Origin: an uncultured virus (IMG/VR IMGVR_UViG_3300000928_001655)
Lineage: Duplodnaviria; Heunggongvirae; Uroviricota; Caudoviricetes
IMG/VR virus record: IMGVR_UViG_3300000928_001655
Direction: 5' to 3' (one strand)
DNA length: 64,000 nucleotides
In this document: one piece after another, positions 15,925 to 24,282 of the stretch
Layout of the letters: every line of letters begins with the position of its first letter
Numbering within the stretch: position 1 is the stretch's first letter
The notes under the pieces: generated by a model
What the model was told of the DNA's origin: nothing
What the model saw: only the letters and a program-made list of their open reading frames with translations
The model's database searches: none
Position numbers and translations under genes: made by a program

Positions 15925-17908
15925 AATGCGCCATTGGGTGTGCACTACCACCATCAGTCGTGGTAGTAACAACCGTACTATTTTCTGTAATCGCTGTTGC
16001 ACCACCTTTAACAGTGTTTGCGAAGTTGTTAGTTGTAGATCCACCAGTCACCACAACGTTTTGTGCAACCTGTCCACCTGCCGCACCTGACAATACTTCT
16101 GGTGGGACGAGTGGTGTGTAACCTGTCAACTGAGGAACAGTAGACATATCTAAGTATCTCAATGGATCGTTAGTCGCCAACTGACCTATGTTCTTTTTGA
16201 ACTGTTGGTTCTGTGCGAATATACCCGCTCTAGTTCTACTCATCGCATTAGACGAAACGATATTACCACTACCGTCTACAACATCATACATTGGGTTTCT
16301 ACTTCTTTTCTTAGATCTTTGAACTGAGAAGTCACTACCCTGAGACATTTGTTGATAAGTTTGTTCTTCGATGTTTTGTTTTTCGAAGGCTTCTATTTCT
16401 TGTTTAGATGGTACAGAGTCACCTAACATCCATTGTGCAAGTTTAAATGCTACCCACTCTCCTGCGAATGCACCTGCAACACCAGTGAGTGCCGCACCAA
16501 TCAATGCACCCCATGGTCCACCAATAAGTGTACCTGCAATACCACCAAGAATACCGAACCCTACTGCACCAAGTGATGCACCAAGGATAGGTGCAAGTCT
16601 TCTCGCACGTTCTGTATTATCGATGCCTGGTGTACTCATTACAACATAGATTTCGTAAATTGCTGCCGCAGCAAGAACAATCCCAACTCCTTTAAATACT
16701 TTTACGAGGTTCGCAAAGAACCTACCGTATACTGGATCTAAAGAACTTTGTAACATCTTCAGTGCGTCTGCATTAGATACAAACTTTCCGTCTGGTCCTT
16801 TCAAAGAACCATTTGCAGTAACTGTATAACCAGCTTTTCCGAAACGATTTCCTGCCGCTTGTCGCATCTGTGTGTTAGGGTTGTTTGTATTGCCATAAAC
16901 TTTGGGATTACTTTTTGGTGTTACATAGTCTGGAATAGCACTTCCAACCTTTGGAACTTGACCACCAGTGGTGGTTGGAATACCCATTGACCTTGGAGGA
17001 AGCCTAACTACCTTGGCATCTTTTGCGCCTCCAACTTTAGGAGCACCACTTTTCCCATCAATATCTGGGTTTGTTAAGTTCGGTGTTGTTGTTTGCGCTC
17101 TTATTGGATTTTTAGGAGTTACTTTATTAGTACGTTCAATTGCTTTGTCTACAGCACCCTGTATCGAGTTATTCATTCTTCTAAATCGACGTTCGTTCAA
17201 CCATTGTGAGATACCAAACTTTGCCAAACCAATACCTGATACTAGTCCTGCAATTGCACCAACGACATCCATCCAGTTGATTTGTTCAATTTTTGCAATC
17301 CATCCATTGACTTTATCCCCAATGGTTTGGAAGGATGCAACTAGGTTGTCTATTTTCAACAACATTTCGTCAAGTCGAAGTTTCAGATCCGCAAAAGATT
17401 TTTTAATAGAATCCAGATCAATACCAGTTGCAAAATCATATGCTTTAGTTTCGAAATCAGAAAATGCACCATCGTACTTTTCGTCAAGGAAACCCTTACC
17501 AATATTATAGGCGGCAAATATACCTGATGCACCAAGTGCAGCTTTCGCCAAAGATCCTAGACCCATCATGTCAGTCAGACCTTTGAATATATTAGTTCTC
17601 TCTTTTCTCTCTCGTTCAACAGGACTAGACGCAGAAACATCAGAACTTCTATCTTTTTCCTCTGATTTCTTATTGATCTCATCAAAGTCTTGTTTGCGCT
17701 TCTTTGCTTCCAATTCTTCTTCTGCAATACCCATCTGTCTTGCCATCAAAGTACTTTGTGATATAAGATTAGCTGATATACTTTGGAAAACCCCTGAGAA
17801 CTTCTCAAGCGTAACATTCACATCTTTTAAAGACGTGCCTTCAGTAAATTCTTGTTTCTGAACATTCAGACTATCTAAAATTGCCTGTGTTTCTGCAGAG
17901 ACTGCCAT
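15923..17908 (-). CDS. Tape-measure-like / baseplate hub tail-length protein (gp29-like position)
   Basis: 661 aa, coiled-coil N-terminus, Gly/Ala-rich hydrophobic segments (GGIAGTLIGGPWGALIG); directly downstream of gp26/gp51. Confidence 0.6.
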   Translation of the reverse strand: MAVSAETQAILDSLNVQKQEFTEGTSLKDVNVTLEKFSGVFQSISANLISQSTLMARQMGIAEEELEAKKRKQDFDEINKKSEEKDRSSDVSASSPVERERKERTNIFKGLTDMMGLGSLAKAALGASGIFAAYNIGKGFLDEKYDGAFSDFETKAYDFATGIDLDSIKKSFADLKLRLDEMLLKIDNLVASFQTIGDKVNGWIAKIEQINWMDVVGAIAGLVSGIGLAKFGISQWLNERRFRRMNNSIQGAVDKAIERTNKVTPKNPIRAQTTTPNLTNPDIDGKSGAPKVGGAKDAKVVRLPPRSMGIPTTTGGQVPKVGSAIPDYVTPKSNPKVYGNTNNPNTQMRQAAGNRFGKAGYTVTANGSLKGPDGKFVSNADALKMLQSSLDPVYGRFFANLVKVFKGVGIVLAAAAIYEIYVVMSTPGIDNTERARRLAPILGASLGAVGFGILGGIAGTLIGGPWGALIGAALTGVAGAFAGEWVAFKLAQWMLGDSVPSKQEIEAFEKQNIEEQTYQQMSQGSDFSVQRSKKRSRNPMYDVVDGSGNIVSSNAMSRTRAGIFAQNQQFKKNIGQLATNDPLRYLDMSTVPQLTGYTPLVPPEVLSGAAGGQVAQNVVVTGGSTTNNFANTVKGGATAITENSTVVTTTTDGGSAHPMAH

Positions 17909-17920
17909 TGGGTTAACCTT

Positions 17921-18088
17921 TTAGTTTTCGTTTTGCTTCTGTATATAATCTAATAACATTCCAAAGTATAAGTCACGTTCATAAGGTATCATGTTTTCTA
18001 ATTCCGTAATCGAATATTTATGGTGCTGCGCCATTGAGAAGATCATCTGATAATAATCTCTCAGACTGATATGACACAGCGCTATTCG
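17921..18088 (-). CDS. 51: gp51-like C-terminal segment, probably reached by -1 frameshift from the upstream gene
   Basis: Open -1 frame RIALCHISLRDYYQMIFSMAQHHKYSITELENMIPYERDLYFGMLLDYIQKQNEN. QHHKYSxTELENMIPxER is the marine T4-like gp51 signature. There is no start codon or SD at its conserved 5' end. Confidence 0.8.
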   Translation of the reverse strand, partial: RIALCHISLRDYYQMIFSMAQHHKYSITELENMIPYERDLYFGMLLDYIQKQNEN

Positions 18089-18786
18089 AAAAAACTTCGC
18101 ATTCCTTCTAGAACAAAGGTTTTTTCATTACCTTCTTTATCATCGTATTTTAAAACATGTCTTAGTTTAGGCATAGTATCAAAGAAGTTCTGAACTCCTT
18201 TCAACACATCCCCAGTCATGTCATCCATGAACTTATCAATCTCTTCACGTTTGTAATCTTTGAACTTGTGTACCTCACCTGATTCGGAGTTGAGACTTTC
18301 AAGACAAGAAACCATAATGAAGTAATTTACTAGAGGATCATTAGAATCCATTTTGGTGATTTCAATGAACTCGTCGATTGTTGGATACTTTAAAAACAAA
18401 GTCCATTCTTCGTTAATCTTAACTCTTCGACTGTGTCCTTTTGTTCTCATCAACTCAACTGTGTCGATATCAACTTCTAGATTGACTGCTTCACCAGTAT
18501 CTGGGTCAGTAATCGCAAACTTCATGAGGTTGTCTACACTCTTGGCACGTAGGATCAGTAGAAGGTATTCTAAATCAAAGACTGCAAGTTTTGAAATGTC
18601 CATATTAATGAGACAATTATTAATTACTTGACGTGCAGCCATGAGTTCTGCATCTGGTTCTTCGATCTCTTGGGCAACCAAAAGTATTTTTTCTTCTTTG
18701 ACCGTAAACGGTCTAAACTTAATTTTCTTTCCAGTTGAAGGTAGTTTGATTTCTTGAATCGGCAAATCAATTTTGGGCAAAGACAT
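18082..18786 (-). CDS. 26: Baseplate hub assembly protein gp26-like
   Basis: MSLPKIDLP...LPSTGKKIKFRPFTVKEEKILL, DLEYLLLILRAKSV, LKYPT, FFDTMPKL, EGMRSFF. Confidence 0.9.
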   Translation of the reverse strand: MSLPKIDLPIQEIKLPSTGKKIKFRPFTVKEEKILLVAQEIEEPDAELMAARQVINNCLINMDISKLAVFDLEYLLLILRAKSVDNLMKFAITDPDTGEAVNLEVDIDTVELMRTKGHSRRVKINEEWTLFLKYPTIDEFIEITKMDSNDPLVNYFIMVSCLESLNSESGEVHKFKDYKREEIDKFMDDMTGDVLKGVQNFFDTMPKLRHVLKYDDKEGNEKTFVLEGMRSFFE

Positions 18787-18801
18787 AATATATTCTCCTT
18801 A

Positions 18802-19575
18802 TTAAAGTCCTATTCTCCTTGAGAGATTATCAAATGAGCTATTAACACGTTGGAACCTGTTCACCGCATCTTGTACACTACTCACATTATTGAGACCTTG
18901 GTTTACTGTTTGTTGTACTACTCCTGCAAAACCTGCGACTGCACCAAGAATATCAAAGAAACCAGAACCACGTCCTAGTCTTGATGTTGGTGAACCTTGT
19001 CGTAGTCCAGAGTATTCTATTCTATCGTATGAAAATGCAACGGGCAATGTCAAATACGAGTCGTTTGATTCCCATGCGAGATCTAAGTCTCCAATTGCAC
19101 TAGGCCACGCTTTGTCAAGTATGACCTCGTAGAACCTTGAAGGATCTTGATCTGTTGAGAAATGTTTAATTGATATTCTACATGAGTATTCGTCTTTATA
19201 TCCGATCTCATATGGTAATTTCCCACCAAACTCAGATAGGTTACCACCTGCAGTTCCGATGTTGATTACACCCTGCATCCAAGAGTGAAAGAACTTCAAT
19301 ATCTCATGATCACTGTCAACCATGAAGATAGTATTGATATTAGTGTTCTGTACACTGATGGGATATTGTCTTGGTAATGCGGCAACTGATTCGTAGACTG
19401 CTGTGTTGAGCGTCACGGATGGGATCTGTGCACTCTTACACAGAAAGGTAAGTTCTTTCGAACCCATCAAAGAGTTGACCGTATTTGGATAACCTGATAT
19501 AGTTACCTCGAATAGGTTTGCATGTGCAGGACCTGCGAATTGGTCGAACGTTGATTTGAACTCTGATATGCGCAT
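18802..19575 (-). CDS. Tail tube initiator gp54-like (gp19 fold)
   Basis: ANLFEVTI, FHSWMQ, YKDEY and AWPSAIGDLDLAW...LPVAFSY tube-protein motifs. Confidence 0.8.
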   Translation of the reverse strand: MRISEFKSTFDQFAGPAHANLFEVTISGYPNTVNSLMGSKELTFLCKSAQIPSVTLNTAVYESVAALPRQYPISVQNTNINTIFMVDSDHEILKFFHSWMQGVINIGTAGGNLSEFGGKLPYEIGYKDEYSCRISIKHFSTDQDPSRFYEVILDKAWPSAIGDLDLAWESNDSYLTLPVAFSYDRIEYSGLRQGSPTSRLGRGSGFFDILGAVAGFAGVVQQTVNQGLNNVSSVQDAVNRFQRVNSSFDNLSRRIGL

Positions 19576-20183
19576 TAGCCGTTCCTTATAATTCTTCTTG
19601 AGTCTGCGTATACTTTATTCTTAGATGCACCAACAAAGTTTGCAGTTGGTAGAAATAAAGCTATGTCCCATTCGACTGGATTAACATAAAAGAACTTAGA
19701 TCTCGTTTGACTATTCAAATAATGTTTGATTGTAGGTTTGAATTCTTTGAACTTAGATGCGGAATTCAACACTTTATAAGATAGTTTTAGTTTTGTACTC
19801 TCGTCATACTTATCATTCGAAACCAAATCATACAGTCCATCCATTAACTTTGCACGTAAAATAGGTGGTAAATAGTGCATATTGATACCCATGAACCCCT
19901 TTGGTGCAGGTCCGATAGGAAAGATGAGAGGAAATCTATCGAAGTATGGAAGTGTTGATTTGTGTTTTGCATCGTATGCAAAGAAGTACATATCACCAAA
20001 TGCAAGACCCGCTTGTCCTCTATCCTTCAATTGCATCTGTACTTTCTCTGCATTGATAGGACCTTTCTTCACTGCTTTCTGCGCAGAGCCACGATACCAA
20101 TCACGTGCCGTGTCAGTACGTGCAGGAACCTGTCCTGAACGAATACCTCTTAAAAGGATATCATTAAATAATGTTGCTGCCAT
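19575..20183 (-). CDS. 2: DNA end protector gp2
   Basis: YDAKHKSTLPYFDRFPLI, GINMHYLPPILRAKL, IKHYL and ALFLPTANF. Confidence 0.93.
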   Translation of the reverse strand: MAATLFNDILLRGIRSGQVPARTDTARDWYRGSAQKAVKKGPINAEKVQMQLKDRGQAGLAFGDMYFFAYDAKHKSTLPYFDRFPLIFPIGPAPKGFMGINMHYLPPILRAKLMDGLYDLVSNDKYDESTKLKLSYKVLNSASKFKEFKPTIKHYLNSQTRSKFFYVNPVEWDIALFLPTANFVGASKNKVYADSRRIIRNG

Positions 20184-20185
20184 GT

Positions 20186-20305
20186 TTAGTCCTTACAGTC
20201 TTTACATTTACATCTGAAACAAACGTCATTCACACAATCTGGACAATCTTTACCACGATGACATGGGTGTCCACAGGTTTTGCAAATGGGTTTATCTGAT
20301 TGCAT
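20186..20305 (-). CDS. Cys/His-rich micro-protein, metallothionein-like (39 aa, not in ORF track)
   Basis: MQSDKPICKTCGHPCHRGKDCPDCVNDVCFRCKCKDCKD (9 Cys, 2 His) fills the gap between the upstream ORF and gp2. Confidence 0.65.
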   Translation of the reverse strand: MQSDKPICKTCGHPCHRGKDCPDCVNDVCFRCKCKDCKD

Positions 20306-20600
20306 ATTCACTCATCAACTTCGTTATTGTAGCAAGTGCACGTTTTCCATCTGGGTGATTAGGATTGATACTTACTTCAGTACCATTGACAAAATCAGAA
20401 ATGTTTGTCGCTTTACCTAATTGAGTAATTGCTTTATGCAAAGGATCTTTAGGATCATACTTTGTTTCGAAACCAGATTTTCCTCTGAGTTCAACCCATT
20501 TTTTGTCACCTTTATTCCACATCTTTAGAATGTCCATCTTAGGACCACGTATGAGTTTGAGTTTCACACCCTCTTCTATAAAATGTTTTAATCTTATCAT
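20292..20600 (-). CDS. Hypothetical basic protein, possible internal head protein
   Basis: Abuts gp4; N-terminus MIRLKHFIEE. Confidence 0.7.
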   Translation of the reverse strand: MIRLKHFIEEGVKLKLIRGPKMDILKMWNKGDKKWVELRGKSGFETKYDPKDPLHKAITQLGKATNISDFVNGTEVSINPNHPDGKRALATITKLMSEYAIR

Positions 20601-21059
20601 TTACTTAATTCCTAGTTCTCTCTCTGTCATGATAACAAACTCCCAACCACGTTGTTCACAATAACCTCTCGCAGCTTTCCATTTCGCATCATTCACTCCC
20701 CAAGTCTTAACCTCGTTTAGAAATCTACGAGACACACGTCCTGTTGGTGTCGCATTCTTCTTTCTAGGATCTGGTGGTATCGTCTGCTTATATGGTTTAA
20801 TTTCAATCATAACTGTAGACTTTCCACCATCTGGTACATTCTTATTCACGATTACATCTGGGAAGTATCGATGTATTCTTTGGTCGACTGGTGATCTATA
20901 AGGAACGAACATTTCCTCTGATTGCCACCAATTTACGTCTGGATGTTCATCACACCACTTGAAGAATTTCAATTCCCACAGACTACGATATATGATGTTA
21001 CTTGGGTCACCTTTGTACTTATTTGGTTTCTTTGGACGAAATCTGCCACTGTATGCCAT
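20601..21059 (-). CDS. 4: Head completion nuclease gp4
   Basis: MAYSGRFRP.KP.KYKGD, YRSLWE, HRYFPD, IEIKP, KWKAA and MTERELG. True start is probably MAYSG at 21059. Confidence 0.95.
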   Translation of the reverse strand: MAYSGRFRPKKPNKYKGDPSNIIYRSLWELKFFKWCDEHPDVNWWQSEEMFVPYRSPVDQRIHRYFPDVIVNKNVPDGGKSTVMIEIKPYKQTIPPDPRKKNATPTGRVSRRFLNEVKTWGVNDAKWKAARGYCEQRGWEFVIMTERELGIK

Positions 21060-21079
21060 TATCAATTTCACTTCTTGGT

Positions 21080-21109
21080 TATAAATAGATTTATGCAATA
21101 GTATTTATA
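21080..21109. promoter_or_regulatory. Pair of face-to-face T4 late promoters serving the divergent operons
   Basis: TATAAATA on + at 21080-21087 and on - at 21102-21109, between gp4 and gp48. Confidence 0.85.
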
Positions 21110-21122
21110 AGGTTTAAGCACG

Positions 21123-22232
21123 ATGTCCAATCTGAATAATCGTCCAGAAATGGCTAGAAGAAAATTCGCCTCCAGAGGGCAGACAAACGTACTAGGATTT
21201 CCAGAGAATAGAACTGGTCATTCTATACTATTTGTGTTTAAAGAATACGACTACCGTGGATACACTAATTTAAGTGGATCACGTGGTGGATACTATAGCA
21301 ACAAAGTTAGCAGTAGTACTAATGCCGTATCAAGATCACTGAATGCTTTCAACAGTATTGAGTTGCCTTTTCCGAAACAATTGTCTGATAACACTGGACT
21401 GAGGGTCAATGGTTTCGAAAGAGAAGCAATCTCAGAAGCAGTTGCGAATGCAATAACATCAGTAGGTGGTGGTAAGGGATCGTCTGTTGCTGAATCAATA
21501 TCAAATATTACAGGTAAGGTTCAGGGTATTATTGCAGGCGGCGCAAATGCATTGAATGGTATCGGGTCAGATTTGGCCAAAGAAGGTGGCACTGGGAATA
21601 TGGTAAAGAGTATGCAGGCTGCAATTCAATCTGCGGTTAGTGCAGTCGGTGGTATGGATACCGCTCAGTCAACTCGTGCCGCTGCATACATTCTCCGACA
21701 AGTTGGTGGAGCTATGAGTGGAGATGTTGCAAGAACAATCGATCTCGTAACTGGTGCCGCACTTAACCCCAAAGAAGCACTTGCATTTGAAGGTGTTAAT
21801 TTAAGATCGTTTGGTTTTACTTGGGAGTTATATCCTCATAATCAACAAGAGTCTCAAACAATTAACAGAATTGCCAAAACCTTCCAAAGACATGCATTGC
21901 CAGCGACAACAGACTTGGTGCCTGGATTGTTTGAAAGAACCTTCCTTGAATATCCTTCTACTGTTGATATCAGACTTCTGGGTGTCATTCCAAATATGTT
22001 CCCAGAATATAAACCGTGTATGATGAATAGTGTCGATATTAGTTTTGAGAATGCCGCAGGATCTGTTCCTATTATGCAAGGTGGTGCGCCTGGATCTGTC
22101 ACACTGGGTGTGAACTTTACTGAGATGTCTGCACGTACAAGAGAAGATGTGGATGGTGCATCAGGATTTTCAAATGGAAATATCGCAAATCAAGTTCCAA
22201 ATAATTTATCTGATCAGGAAGGTTCTTTCTAA
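21123..22232 (+). CDS. 48: Baseplate tail tube cap gp48-like
   Basis: IELPFP.QLSD, NPKEALAFEGVNLRSFGFTWEL.P.NQQES, FLEYPS, KPCMM and LGVNFTEM. Confidence 0.85.
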   Translation: MSNLNNRPEMARRKFASRGQTNVLGFPENRTGHSILFVFKEYDYRGYTNLSGSRGGYYSNKVSSSTNAVSRSLNAFNSIELPFPKQLSDNTGLRVNGFEREAISEAVANAITSVGGGKGSSVAESISNITGKVQGIIAGGANALNGIGSDLAKEGGTGNMVKSMQAAIQSAVSAVGGMDTAQSTRAAAYILRQVGGAMSGDVARTIDLVTGAALNPKEALAFEGVNLRSFGFTWELYPHNQQESQTINRIAKTFQRHALPATTDLVPGLFERTFLEYPSTVDIRLLGVIPNMFPEYKPCMMNSVDISFENAAGSVPIMQGGAPGSVTLGVNFTEMSARTREDVDGASGFSNGNIANQVPNNLSDQEGSF

Positions 22233-22609
22233 TGGCAAAATATTTTGAAAACTTCCCAATTGTAGAATACGATGGAAAAAGAGTAAGAGACATTACAAGA
22301 CGAAATCAATTCGTTAAGGGTTTGTCCACAAATCCAATGTTGTTCCTACCTTATACAATAAAACAAAATGAACGTGCAGAAGACGTAGCTCTATTCTATT
22401 ATGGATCTGTTGATTACGATTGGTTAGTTTATATGGCAAATCAGATTGTTGATCCATACTATGAATGGCCAATGGATGAAGAGACATTTAACAAACACAT
22501 TATCGCAAAGTACCAAGAGGTTTCTGGTCAAAAAGGTGATGATGTAGTAGACTGGTCAAGAAATCCAGATAACGATGACAACATCGTTTACTATTATAAG
22601 GAAGTATAA
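22232..22609 (+). CDS. 53: Baseplate wedge gp53, N-terminal part
   Basis: KYFENFP, ERAEDVA..YYGS.DYDWLV.MAN.IVDPYYEWP and KY. Confidence 0.88.
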   Translation: MAKYFENFPIVEYDGKRVRDITRRNQFVKGLSTNPMLFLPYTIKQNERAEDVALFYYGSVDYDWLVYMANQIVDPYYEWPMDEETFNKHIIAKYQEVSGQKGDDVVDWSRNPDNDDNIVYYYKEV

Positions 22610-22612
22610 CAA

Positions 22613-22876
22613 ATGGCAGTTGATCAGGTTATTCTTGCTCCCGAATCATTTCGAACGATCTATCTACGAAAAGAAGACCGTGTAATTCTTCGTACAGAGC
22701 GGGGACGTAAGATTATTATTAAACGTATTATTCCAGATGAATGGAAGGAATATCGTATTTACGACTTCGAAAGAGATAGAAATGAATCTAAGAAAGAAAT
22801 ATTTCTTTTTGATAACAGATTTCTACCACAACTTACTAAAGAATTTCTTAAAACAATTAAAGCAGATGAAGAATAA
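22613..22876 (+). CDS. Probable gp53 C-terminal part encoded as a separate ORF
   Basis: YDFERDRNESKKEIFL...FL..L..EF resembles the gp53 C-terminal YExExxxNExKRxIxL motif. Confidence 0.6.
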   Translation: MAVDQVILAPESFRTIYLRKEDRVILRTERGRKIIIKRIIPDEWKEYRIYDFERDRNESKKEIFLFDNRFLPQLTKEFLKTIKADEE

Positions 22877-24282
22877 TGTCTGATTTCAATCCTTCATATG
22901 GATCTTGGAAAACAGTAATAGTAAAATCCTTTGACGGTGTAGCCGAAATGGATATTACTGCGATGGTTTTTGAGGTACAGATTATACAAAGCATGGGTAG
23001 TCCTCTCTACCGTGGTAGCTTACGTGTGCTCGATACAGTGGGATTGTTAGAGAATAAAGGATTTAAGATAAGAGGTGAAGAAAGTTTAGAACTTGTTTTG
23101 GAAACAAAAGATCTAAAAGAGTCACGTGGTCCAAACGGTTTAGTAGAGATACGGGCACAAGTTATTAGTGTTGAGAACGTTGATGTAACGGAAAATGGTA
23201 CAGGTGTAACTTACACACTACAGTGGATATCTGAAAGTAGTTACAAAGTAGGTAAGAGACGTGTACGTGCACCATTTAAAGACAGGAAAGCGTCAGACGT
23301 TGTAGAATCAATTTTTAAGAAGTATTTCTATAGACTTTCTAAAGTGAGAAGATCAGGAGATAACGAAATTGTTCCCTTTGGTGCAACCAAGTATCAAATG
23401 GCAGGTACTGATGGAAGACACTTCTACCTTCAACCTACAGAAGGTGATTTGAGATGTCTCATTCCAAATATGGACCCGACAGGTGCAATGAAGTTCTTGG
23501 CGAACAGATCTTACAGTAAAGATTCCCCATCATGTTCGTTTAGATTTTTCGAGACGATAGATGGATACTTCTATGTTACAGACGAGTTCCTTGTTAAACG
23601 TGGTACGGAAAACAATCAAATAGTAGAAGAGTTTTCATTTAACCCATTGAACTCTATGGACCCATCACTTCCAGAGATGTCAACCAATACATTCAGAACT
23701 TTCAAAATTCCTAGTAGAGTTGATACAGCTTCGGACATGAGATCTGGTGCATACAAAAACGAAGTCCATGAGATTGATCTTACAAGAAGACGTGCAGTTG
23801 TTAAGAGTTTTGATTACCTAGACAATGCCAAATATTTTGATATGTCAGGTCAAAGAGTTAAACCCAAAGAGGGTCGTCATAGTCCAGAGTTCATAAGAGA
23901 TACCTTTACAGAAGAAAATACCAAGAGATTTATTGTATATAAAGATTACTACGATCAGAGTGGTCCAACTTTGAGGTCCAATCAGTACTTCACAGAGATC
24001 ATCCAAAACCAATCAATGTACGCTAGTCATTTGATGAACACTATGGTTACAGCTACCATTACAGGTAGAATGGATCTGAGACCAGGCAATTTAATTTCAG
24101 TAAGAGTACCGTCATTCAAAGTGCAGACAAATCCAGAAAGTCCATATAATGAGCAACTTTCTGGTAACTATCTAATCTATTCAGTAGGTAGTAGTTTTAA
24201 AGAAAATATTTTAAATACCACTCTCACACTTATAAAGTATGATTGGTCTGGTAGTTATGAACCGAAGCGAGGAAGTGTATAA
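22876..24282 (+). CDS. Baseplate hub protein, gp27-like
   Basis: Lies between gp53 and gp5; FRFFETIDGYFY, G.MDLRPGNLI and LSGNYLI motifs of hub proteins. Confidence 0.7.
   Translation: MSDFNPSYGSWKTVIVKSFDGVAEMDITAMVFEVQIIQSMGSPLYRGSLRVLDTVGLLENKGFKIRGEESLELVLETKDLKESRGPNGLVEIRAQVISVENVDVTENGTGVTYTLQWISESSYKVGKRRVRAPFKDRKASDVVESIFKKYFYRLSKVRRSGDNEIVPFGATKYQMAGTDGRHFYLQPTEGDLRCLIPNMDPTGAMKFLANRSYSKDSPSCSFRFFETIDGYFYVTDEFLVKRGTENNQIVEEFSFNPLNSMDPSLPEMSTNTFRTFKIPSRVDTASDMRSGAYKNEVHEIDLTRRRAVVKSFDYLDNAKYFDMSGQRVKPKEGRHSPEFIRDTFTEENTKRFIVYKDYYDQSGPTLRSNQYFTEIIQNQSMYASHLMNTMVTATITGRMDLRPGNLISVRVPSFKVQTNPESPYNEQLSGNYLIYSVGSSFKENILNTTLTLIKYDWSGSYEPKRGSV

Noticed and set aside
16371..17861. Plus-strand ORFs opposite the tape-measure-like gene, and similar antisense ORFs throughout the window
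   Set aside because: They lack SD sites and recognisable motifs and are fully overlapped by well-supported genes on the other strand.
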